Of a stretch of DNA of 30,323 nucleotides, positions 1 to 7,230 are shown piece by piece (positions within the stretch are counted from its first letter, which is position 1; every line of letters starts with the position of its first letter). The DNA is from a virus (lineage: Duplodnaviria > Caudoviricetes). The stretch spans positions 1 to 30,323 of IMG/VR virus record IMGVR_UViG_3300028837_001169. The stretch is one strand, 5' to 3'. The notes beneath the pieces were generated by a model. It searched no databases and was not told the DNA's origin. It saw only the letters and a program-made list of their open reading frames with translations. A program made the position numbers and the translations under genes.

Positions 1-17
1 TTACCAAGGAGGTATAT

Positions 18-227
18 ATGTTAGATTTTACAATTCATGAAAATAAAGATAAATTAATAAAAACAATGGCAGAAAAATTATTTAATTTTCAAAATTGTCC
101 GCCAGGTTGTGAAAAATATAAAGATTGTTCTTTTGGTAAAGATATTGCAATAAATTGTTGGATAGCCTGGGCAAAGCGGAAAATTGAAAGTCAGGTAAAA
201 AATGGCACGGGATCCGGAAAATTATAA
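18..227 (+). CDS. hypothetical phage protein (Cys-containing)
   Basis: 69-aa ORF with strong SD AAGGAGG upstream. Confidence 0.6.
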   Translation: MLDFTIHENKDKLIKTMAEKLFNFQNCPPGCEKYKDCSFGKDIAINCWIAWAKRKIESQVKNGTGSGKL

Positions 228-468
228 TTATTACAAAAGCAATCTCTTAGGACAAGAGTACTGCATGCATAAAAAAACCGGGGAGGTTATTTTTCAGGAC
301 GGAATTCGCTATTCCCAGAATGAAATTAAATTATTAAAAAAACTATGTGAAAATAAAAAATTAAATGATGAAAAAAAAGAAAATACAATAAAAGCTATCC
401 ATATCTTGAAACAAGTTTTTTCCGGTGAAATTACCGATAATGAAATCGAAAAGGAGTTGAATAAGTGA
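202..468 (+). CDS. hypothetical phage protein
   Basis: 88-aa ORF overlapping the previous gene, co-oriented. Confidence 0.6.
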   Translation: MARDPENYNYYKSNLLGQEYCMHKKTGEVIFQDGIRYSQNEIKLLKKLCENKKLNDEKKENTIKAIHILKQVFSGEITDNEIEKELNK

Positions 469-529
469 GAGTGGCGGTATTATGCGAGTTTTCCGGAGCT
501 GCGGCTATGGCTACCCAATGGGGTGGGCT

Positions 530-1135
530 ATGAGCAACCTGATAACTCAATCGGAATTTTCGCGTAAGTTAAAAATATCACGCCAGGCTGTGCACGATGC
601 AAAGAAAAAAGGATTACTCAATATAGAAAAAAAAGGAAAGCGGGAATATATCAATCTAGATGGATATAAAACAATCCGGTATATAAAAAATGATAACTGC
701 CAACGCAAAGAAAAAAAGCAGAAAATTGAAGTAGATTTAAAAAATCTCACAATTAATACGCAATTACCTGCAAATATTGCAAAGGGATTACAACAAGGTG
801 ACACTATAAGACTAATTTTTGAAAAAGCCAGGGCAGAGGAAAAAATTGCAAAAGCAGAAAAAGCAAGGCTTGAAAATGCTTATAAAAGAGGAGAATTAAT
901 AATAAAGGAAAAAGTATATAATACAATAATGTATTATCTTGACCGGGTTAATAGGGGGATGGAACTTATTGGAAATACTTTCCTTAATGATACTGGAGAT
1001 GCAATCGTCACGGCAGGAAAAGTAACCCCTGAAATTCGAAAAAGATTTGTAGATATGATGCTAAAGCATATCGATTCTGCAAAAAAGCAGACGATAAAAT
1101 ATATCAAAAAAATTGAAAAGGAGCAGGCTAAATGA
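530..1135 (+). CDS. terminase small subunit (Nu1-like N-terminal HTH)
   Basis: ITQSEFSRKLKISRQAVHDA HTH, then coiled coil ARAEEKIAKAEKARLEN..RGELI; lies upstream of GpA-type TerL; ATG 530 preferred over 482. Confidence 0.75.
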   Translation: MSNLITQSEFSRKLKISRQAVHDAKKKGLLNIEKKGKREYINLDGYKTIRYIKNDNCQRKEKKQKIEVDLKNLTINTQLPANIAKGLQQGDTIRLIFEKARAEEKIAKAEKARLENAYKRGELIIKEKVYNTIMYYLDRVNRGMELIGNTFLNDTGDAIVTAGKVTPEIRKRFVDMMLKHIDSAKKQTIKYIKKIEKEQAK

Positions 1136-1500
1136 CGAAAGTAATAATTGAATCACCTTATGCAGGAAATTTTTCATGCGGTATTAAATGGATTGATAAA
1201 ATTGTCAATTATTTTATCATCTTACAAAATAAAAGATACGCCCGCAAATGTATGCATGATTGTTTTTCCAGGAGTGAGGCCCCTTATGCTTCCCATCTTC
1301 TTTACACTCAGCCCGGAATCCTGAATGATAATAATTATATCGAAAGAAAAAAAGGTATCGAGGCAGGGTTTGTGTGGAGAAAAGGTGCAACCGTGATAGC
1401 GGTATATACAGACAAGGGAATTTCTAAGGGTATGAAGCAAGGGATTGCTCGAGCGCTTCTTGAGGGAAGGAAAATTGAATATAGAAAACTAAGGAGATGA
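1132..1500 (+). CDS. DUF4406-like / nucleoside 2-deoxyribosyltransferase-fold protein
   Basis: VIIESPYAG..APYASHLLYTQ..GISKGMKQGI pattern common in phage accessory genes; ATGA coupling to terS. Confidence 0.6.
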   Translation: MTKVIIESPYAGNFSCGIKWIDKIVNYFIILQNKRYARKCMHDCFSRSEAPYASHLLYTQPGILNDNNYIERKKGIEAGFVWRKGATVIAVYTDKGISKGMKQGIARALLEGRKIEYRKLRR

Positions 1501-1506
1501 ATTATT

Positions 1507-2535
1507 ATGAAAAATGAAATTATCCAGGGTAATGCCCTGGAAATACTTCAAACATTACAACCCGAATCAGCCCATTGCTGCATAACCTCTCCACCGTATT
1601 GGCAGCTTAGAGATTATGATATTGAGCCAACCACATGGACGGCCGGTACCTTTTCTCCTATGCCAGGTTTGCCGGAATTATCTATACCAGCCATGCAATG
1701 TGTATATGGATTAGAATCCGATATTTCGGCCTACGTCTGGCATACCGTCCAAATTTTCCGGGAAGTAAAGCGAGTATTGCGAAAAGATGGGACCTTATGG
1801 CTGAACATTGGTGATACTTATTGTACTTCAGGCGGCACTGGCTTCGCAGGAGATGATAATGGACTGGGAAAAAAATATAGTAGTAATGGAAAGCGAAAAA
1901 GAAATAGGATAAATACTGCAGGAATAAAAACTAAAAATATGTATGGCCTGCCCTGGAGGATTGCTTTTGCCCTACAAGCAGACGGCTGGTATCTTAGACA
2001 GGATATAATTTGGTCAAAAGCATGTCCTACTCCTGAGCCTATAATGATCGATAGATGCACAAAAGCGCATGAATATATTTTCCTTTTTTCAAAATCAAAA
2101 AAATATTATTTTGACAGCTTGGCAATTGCCGAACCATATAAAGAAAGAACAAAAACAAGTTGGAATACAAAAAAAAACGAGTTGAAGTATAAATCAAAAA
2201 AAGACAAAAAAATAAAAGGCCTTAATATGAAAAATTCCATAAAAGAAAGAAAACCGAATAAATACGGAAAAGCCTCTAAAAAATCAGTTTGGACAATCTC
2301 CGGCGCAAGGTTTTCTGATGCTCATTTCGCAGTTTTTCCGGTGAAATTAATCATTCCCTGTATTCAAGCCGGATGCCCTCCTGAAGGAACTGTACTCGAT
2401 CCGTTCGGAGGTACCGGTACTACTGCCCTGGTATCTGCGAAATTAAATAGAAATTCAATTCTTATAGAGATTAAACCGGAATATATACAAATGATAAAAG
2501 ATAGATTAAGAAAGGAAATTCCATTATTTGCATAA
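1507..2535 (+). CDS. DNA methyltransferase, N4-C/N6-A beta class
   Basis: Catalytic TSPPY near the N-terminus, SAM-binding VLDPFGGTGTT near the C-terminus, HFAVFP motif. Confidence 0.92.
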   Translation: MKNEIIQGNALEILQTLQPESAHCCITSPPYWQLRDYDIEPTTWTAGTFSPMPGLPELSIPAMQCVYGLESDISAYVWHTVQIFREVKRVLRKDGTLWLNIGDTYCTSGGTGFAGDDNGLGKKYSSNGKRKRNRINTAGIKTKNMYGLPWRIAFALQADGWYLRQDIIWSKACPTPEPIMIDRCTKAHEYIFLFSKSKKYYFDSLAIAEPYKERTKTSWNTKKNELKYKSKKDKKIKGLNMKNSIKERKPNKYGKASKKSVWTISGARFSDAHFAVFPVKLIIPCIQAGCPPEGTVLDPFGGTGTTALVSAKLNRNSILIEIKPEYIQMIKDRLRKEIPLFA

Positions 2536-2591
2536 AGAGGATCGATAGGGAGTATATCAAAAGGAATTGTATTTATAAGGGCAAAAATAAA

Positions 2592-4553
2592 ATGACCGAA
2601 ATAATAACATCAACCGAGACGGATTGTTCATGGCTTATAGATGCATTTTCTCGCAGGCCTACAAAACATAGAAATATTACTATCCCTGAATATTCAGAGA
2701 CAACGATAATCCCCGCCGGAAAGTACAGGGATGCATTATTCCGGCTCGACCGTGCACCTTACGTGCGCGAACCATTACAAAAACTTTCCCCTGGCTCAAA
2801 TACGCAGGAAGTAAGATTGATGTTTCCAGCGCAAAGCAGCAAAACGACAATAGGCGAGATTGTTGTAATGTATTATATCGAAATTGTGCCCTCGGAAATT
2901 CTCCATGTAAACTCAAACGCAGATCAATGCCGTATATGGTTTCAAACTCGCATATCTCCACGGGCTATGCAAAAAGGAATAGAATTCCGCGCACAGGTGG
3001 AAGGCACAAGAAGGTCAGGAAATACATTATATTCAAAAGAATTTGATGGCGGGAATCTCGATCTTGCATCCGCCCTCTCATCTGCCCAGCTTGCCTCAAA
3101 AACAAAAAGGATAATTCATGCCTGTGAAATCGACAGATGGCGTGAAGAGTTAGGCTCGGAGGGTCTTACATGGGAGATTATGTACGCCAGGACTCAGGCA
3201 TGGGGAGATCAAAGAAAAATACTTGCAGAGTCTACACCAGGCACATATGAGGCAAGCCTTATATGGCGATTATACGAAGAAGGAGATCAACGTCTTTTCT
3301 GGGTACAATGTCCTATATGCAAAGAACCACAAACATTGGAATTATATGCTGAAAAAAAATACGGTCTCTATTATGAAACAAAAGCCGGTATAATAGACAC
3401 AAAGTCAATCTGTTATATTTGTCCATCCTGTGAGAAATCCTGGAAAGAATACATGAAACATTATGTACTTATGACAGGGAACTGGAGAAAACAAATAGAT
3501 TCAAAAAATCCTTATATTTCGAGTTATCATATTAATGGCATTTACTCCCCTTTTTTGGGATGGGAAGAAATAGCAAGAAAACACAATAAGATCAAAAATA
3601 ATTATATATTGCAAAAAAGTTTTGACAATCTTGTTATGGGAAGACCTTCGAAAGAAACGGGTGTACGTCCGAAAGCAGAAAAGGTGATTGAACTTAAGGG
3701 CATTTATCGTCCTGGAATAGTACCGGAAGGTGTATTGTTTTTGACGATAGGCATGGATGTACAGCGCGGATCAAAAGGGGACAAAAAAAATCCGCCCCGG
3801 GTAGAGCTGGAAATATTGGGTACCGGACCCGGATATCGCACATGGTCAATCGATTATCTGAGATTTGAGGGAGAAGTGACGAATCCGCACGGCGGCGCAT
3901 GGGAAAAATTGCACAAATGGGCAGTTGATACCGGGCTGGTATGGAAGCGAAAAAGCGATCTTAAAGAATTCCGGCCTATGCTGATTTTCATTGATTCAGG
4001 CGATGGATATCTTACCAGTACCGTATATACATTTACCCAGCGCTGGAAAAATACATTTCCCATCAAGGGAACCTCTTCCTTGAAATCACCAGAAAAAGGC
4101 GATCCAATCACAAAAGAAAATTTTTCCCGATATCGGTATACACTGATTGCCGAAGGGTTGATATTATATACAATAGCTACGAATTTCTACAAAACAATGA
4201 TATATAATAACCTCAAAATTAAGCGTATTCCAGGAGAAATACAGGCACCCGGATTCTGCGATTTTCCCTTTGAATACGGACAAAAAGGGTCAAAATATCA
4301 ATATTATTTCTCCATGCTCACGGCTGAGGAAAAATTGAAAGACGGAAGATTTGACAATGGCGGCAGACGTAACGAAGCTCTTGACTGTAGAGTTTATGCC
4401 CTATGTGCCGCAGATGTCTATCTTTATGGTCTTGTAAAAAAGCTTAGAGACGCCATGAAAGGAAAGATGAAACGGGAGGATATCGAAAAAATTAATCGGA
4501 AATGGATAATTGAAAAGCTAAAAAAAGAAATAGGTACTCCTCTGGGCTTTTGA
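2592..4553 (+). CDS. terminase large subunit, lambda GpA family
   Basis: APYVREP, AQxxKT, ESTP, GDQRLFWVQCPIC, CPSC, LTIGMDVQ, FIDSG, RNEALDCRVYA motifs. Confidence 0.93.
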   Translation: MTEIITSTETDCSWLIDAFSRRPTKHRNITIPEYSETTIIPAGKYRDALFRLDRAPYVREPLQKLSPGSNTQEVRLMFPAQSSKTTIGEIVVMYYIEIVPSEILHVNSNADQCRIWFQTRISPRAMQKGIEFRAQVEGTRRSGNTLYSKEFDGGNLDLASALSSAQLASKTKRIIHACEIDRWREELGSEGLTWEIMYARTQAWGDQRKILAESTPGTYEASLIWRLYEEGDQRLFWVQCPICKEPQTLELYAEKKYGLYYETKAGIIDTKSICYICPSCEKSWKEYMKHYVLMTGNWRKQIDSKNPYISSYHINGIYSPFLGWEEIARKHNKIKNNYILQKSFDNLVMGRPSKETGVRPKAEKVIELKGIYRPGIVPEGVLFLTIGMDVQRGSKGDKKNPPRVELEILGTGPGYRTWSIDYLRFEGEVTNPHGGAWEKLHKWAVDTGLVWKRKSDLKEFRPMLIFIDSGDGYLTSTVYTFTQRWKNTFPIKGTSSLKSPEKGDPITKENFSRYRYTLIAEGLILYTIATNFYKTMIYNNLKIKRIPGEIQAPGFCDFPFEYGQKGSKYQYYFSMLTAEEKLKDGRFDNGGRRNEALDCRVYALCAADVYLYGLVKKLRDAMKGKMKREDIEKINRKWIIEKLKKEIGTPLGF

Positions 4554-4584
4554 AATGCCAGGGTACCTGAACGGCAAAGACGCC

Positions 4585-4600
4585 TGGCATACTATTTGCA
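4585..4600 (+). promoter_or_regulatory. sigma-54 (-24/-12) promoter P1
   Basis: TGGCAT-ACTAT-TTGCA matches TGGCAY-N5-TTGCW; predicted +1 near 4611-4612 coincides with an ATG. Confidence 0.65.
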
Positions 4601-4611
4601 TGTATATTAAT

Positions 4612-4878
4612 ATGAAAATATATGACCCAAATAAACGAAAAGCAAGATACAGAAAAAACCGGAAAAAAGAACTCAAAAAGGCAAAAGAAAGATATCGAGA
4701 TAACCGGGAAAAGCTCAAAGCAGATGCTCTGGCCCGATATTATATAGAGCACGAAAAAAATAAAAAGAAAAATCGGGACCGAATGAGAAAAAAAAGGGCA
4801 CTTGAAAAGCAAAAACGTTCAACGGTAAAAATTGATGTGTCAAAAAAACACAATTCTAAAAAAATAGAAGAAAAGTAG
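4612..4878 (+). CDS. highly basic helical protein (possibly nucleic-acid binding), probably leaderless
   Basis: MKIYDPNKRKARYRKNRKKELKKAKERYRDNREKLK..; in frame with ORF 4555..4878; no SD. Confidence 0.55.
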   Translation: MKIYDPNKRKARYRKNRKKELKKAKERYRDNREKLKADALARYYIEHEKNKKKNRDRMRKKRALEKQKRSTVKIDVSKKHNSKKIEEK

Positions 4879-4936
4879 TGTCAAAAAAACACAAATAGTA
4901 TTATTTTGTAGACATTTTACTGTATCAAAAAAACAC
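4837..4936. promoter_or_regulatory. three GT(G/A)TCAAAAAAACAC repeats, candidate enhancer (UAS) sites
   Basis: Copies at 4837-4851, 4878-4892 and 4922-4936 (starts 41 and 44 bp apart), GTGT..ACAC dyad, 70-170 bp upstream of P2. Confidence 0.65.
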
Positions 4937-5004
4937 ACCTTTTTCTCTTTATCTTGTTAGATGGTAAAATCAAGCAATATAAGCACTTCTTTTCTGTGTT
5001 TTCT

Positions 5005-5020
5005 TGGCACGGATCTTGCA
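5005..5020 (+). promoter_or_regulatory. sigma-54 (-24/-12) promoter P2
   Basis: (T)TGGCAC-GGATC-TTGCA, a perfect consensus in intergenic DNA; predicted +1 near 5031. Confidence 0.8.
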
Positions 5021-5030
5021 TCTATATATA

Positions 5031-5220
5031 TAGGTAAGAAAAACCTACGGAGTCTTTGACAGACTGGCTCCGGCTTAAACCTGAGGGTAGTAACCCAGGG
5101 GGAATTGAAACCGGGGAATTGAGAGAGCACACAAAGGACTACGGGTAGCGCACTTAAATACATCACATCAGCCGTTCGACTCGGCACAGTCCTATACCCT
5201 GCATAGCAGGGAAAACAAAC
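5031..5220 (+). ncRNA. putative structured leader RNA with tRNA-like subdomain
   Basis: Consecutive hairpins 5031-5047, 5048-5072, 5080-5099, a T-arm/acceptor-like fold 5135-5194, and hairpin 5197-5211. Confidence 0.45.
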
Positions 5221-5240
5221 AAACCTTGAGGAGGGTGATT

Positions 5241-5462
5241 ATGAAGACATTAAACGAAACAAGAAGAGAACAAGTTGAGAGAGAAGCAAAGATTTTTTTG
5301 ATCGACCAAATAATTGAACAGTCGGGAGGACTTATTTCTAAGGAAAATGCACCTGATTATATAATAGAATTTGGTTGGCATAAAAATTGTGTATATGCCT
5401 CGATTGATGCCCTAAATAATCCTGTTGTAATTGCAACTTTAAAAAAGGGCGTTTTATATTAA
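5241..5462 (+). CDS. small cassette protein 1 (MKTLNE..), unknown function
   Basis: SD GAGGAGGG then ATG 5241. Confidence 0.7.
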   Translation: MKTLNETRREQVEREAKIFLIDQIIEQSGGLISKENAPDYIIEFGWHKNCVYASIDALNNPVVIATLKKGVLY

Positions 5463-5470
5463 AAAATGGA

Positions 5471-5569
5471 GAGGAGGGGACCTGGCCGGACCCTCCTCAT
5501 TTTACCCGGGTGTCCTGCGGGGTGCCTGGGCGAAATTGCCGGCGGGCTTACGCAAGTAGGAGGGTGAAT
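5471..5569 (+). repeat. intergenic structured repeat, copy A
   Basis: Identical to 7231-7326 outside the central hairpin; three hairpins plus SD. Confidence 0.9.
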
Positions 5570-5776
5570 ATGAGAACTAATTTAACAAGAAAAGAAAGAA
5601 AACAGATTAAAAAGTATAATGATTGTATCAGACCGATTGATAAAATCATGAGAAGAAACAATACATGGTATGTACTTTTTTGTGATTCGTATCAGTATGA
5701 AGAGGCTGAGTATGAGGAGGGTGAATATGAAGACATTACCAACATGGAAAACAGACAGAATCCTACAGATTGTTAA
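5570..5776 (+). CDS. small cassette protein 2 (MRTNLTRKE..), chimeric C-terminus
   Basis: SD then ATG 5570; 5593-5712 is identical to the reverse complement of 30204-30323. Confidence 0.65.
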   Translation: MRTNLTRKERKQIKKYNDCIRPIDKIMRRNNTWYVLFCDSYQYEEAEYEEGEYEDITNMENRQNPTDC

Positions 5777-5936
5777 AGGAATAAAAAATCAACCTATAGG
5801 AATTCAAGATTTTGACACAAGGGATACCGAAACCATTAATGCTCTTATTGAAAAAAAAATAGTGAAAATAGAAAATAATAAGCCTTTTCTTACAAAAAAA
5901 GGTGAAAAGCTTTTATCTAAAATAAAAGCAAAATAA
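5727..5936 (+). CDS. small cassette protein 3 (MKTLPT..), winged-helix-like
   Basis: SD GAGGAGGG then ATG 5727; INALIEKKIVKIENNKPFLTKKGEKLL resembles a wHTH wing. Confidence 0.65.
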   Translation: MKTLPTWKTDRILQIVKGIKNQPIGIQDFDTRDTETINALIEKKIVKIENNKPFLTKKGEKLLSKIKAK

Positions 5937-6044
5937 CTATATCCGGGGACCTTCCCGGTATGTCTGATAAGCGGTGCGTCCGGTCGATGAGTCGATCACG
6001 TTCAGGCGGGAGTACTAATAACCGAAACCTTGAGGAGGGCAATT

Positions 6045-6254
6045 ATGACAAAGATAAAATATAAAGGAGAAATATTATATAAATGTTTTTTTTCACCAGG
6101 GCAGATATATTATTATGCATCTTGTTTGCCCATGCCATGTGGGTTTGGACATGTGAAAACGCTTGAGGAAGCATATCAACAAAAAAAAAGATTAATGGCC
6201 TGGGCAGATCAACAGGAAATCGACTTACGCAGATGGAGAGGAGAAGAGATATGA
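6045..6254 (+). CDS. small cassette protein 4, unknown function
   Basis: AAACCTTGAGGAGGG junction then ATG 6045. Confidence 0.65.
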   Translation: MTKIKYKGEILYKCFFSPGQIYYYASCLPMPCGFGHVKTLEEAYQQKKRLMAWADQQEIDLRRWRGEEI

Positions 6255-7219
6255 AGACATTAACAAAGAATGAAAGAAACTTAATAGAAATAAGCGAAAA
6301 TTTTGACTTGCTTAAAGATTTTGAAATTAAAATTTTTAAAGAAAAAAAATATGTCAGGATTTCCAGAAATAAATATATCTGGGAATATTTTTCTTTTACG
6401 GATTTTCCAGACTTGCCAGTAAAGGCAAGTGTAGAAGAAATAAAAAATCATATAAAAATGTATCTTTTTTTTCTTGAGGAACAAAGATATAAAGACATGG
6501 AAAGCAAACTTACAAAATATGAAAAAAAGTATATTGCACAAATTGATTTTCAAAAATTGTTTGATCTAGAAGATAAGATGATTTCTGAAAACAAATATAG
6601 GTCTATACTATTGTTAATGACAAACCACCGAATTCGTATAGGTTGCTGGGGGTACATAAATATGTACCCAGAAGAATTCGGTATATATTACGAGTCATCA
6701 CGTTTTTATTCTTATCCGAAAAACGGTGTGTTCTCAACATTGACCCACCGCCAAGATTATTCATATAAAAACGAACTATTCACTTTTGAAAGAAGAAAAA
6801 AAATGATGATTTATGAAATAATTTTAGAACGCTGCCTAAATAAAAGGTACAAGAAAAAAAGGAAAAACAGGGAAGCAATGATATATTTTCTCTTAAAAAG
6901 AAATCTTTGCAAACCAATACTGTTAAAATATGAAAAATTCGAAAAATATTGTAAATCAAAACACATTAAAACAACAAAAGAAACATTTCAATCTATAACC
7001 ACAGATATATTTCAAAATGTTTTTAGTTCTACAGACAAATCAGAATTATCTATAGGCGGAGAGATCATCCTTGACGCTCCTATGTTATTTGATAATCACG
7101 TCGAACGAAGAAATTTCGATTCAAAAATAGACAAATGTGATTTTAAAGGATATGTTCCTGCAGGAACCTGGTTAACAATGGAGGGGAAATATTACTTTCA
7201 AAAGATGAATAATAGTTAA
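6251..7219 (+). CDS. cassette protein 5 (MKTLTK.., 322 aa), unknown function, very AT-rich
   Basis: ATGAAGACATTA start with ATGA coupling to the previous stop. Confidence 0.7.
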   Translation: MKTLTKNERNLIEISENFDLLKDFEIKIFKEKKYVRISRNKYIWEYFSFTDFPDLPVKASVEEIKNHIKMYLFFLEEQRYKDMESKLTKYEKKYIAQIDFQKLFDLEDKMISENKYRSILLLMTNHRIRIGCWGYINMYPEEFGIYYESSRFYSYPKNGVFSTLTHRQDYSYKNELFTFERRKKMMIYEIILERCLNKRYKKKRKNREAMIYFLLKRNLCKPILLKYEKFEKYCKSKHIKTTKETFQSITTDIFQNVFSSTDKSELSIGGEIILDAPMLFDNHVERRNFDSKIDKCDFKGYVPAGTWLTMEGKYYFQKMNNS

Positions 7220-7230
7220 TTTATTTTCCC

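Noticed and set aside
466-529. cos site upstream of terS
   Set aside because: GC-rich gap in a plausible position, but no recognisable cos sequence or R-site repeats
5066-5102. GGCTCCGGCTTAAACC resembles P3 of c-di-GMP-I riboswitches
   Set aside because: The GGCAAA and GACGCAAAG core and the GNRA-capped P2 are absent
5135-5194. Functional tRNA gene
   Set aside because: Only 60 nt with no anticodon stem-loop; kept only as tRNA-like
5376-5390. TGGCAT-AAAAA-TTGT, possible third sigma-54 promoter
   Set aside because: Lacks the conserved -12 C and lies inside a coding region
5471-5569. HDV-like ribozyme or CRISPR repeat interpretation of the spacer
   Set aside because: The P1-like loop is not conserved in copy C; repeats are long, few and separated by genes, with no cas genes
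5593-5712. DGR template/variable repeat pair
   Set aside because: Copies are identical with no adenine-specific mismatches, and no reverse transcriptase is in the window
5958-6030. Hammerhead ribozyme (CTGATAAG..GAAAC)
   Set aside because: Core is not CUGANGA and stems I/III cannot be formed
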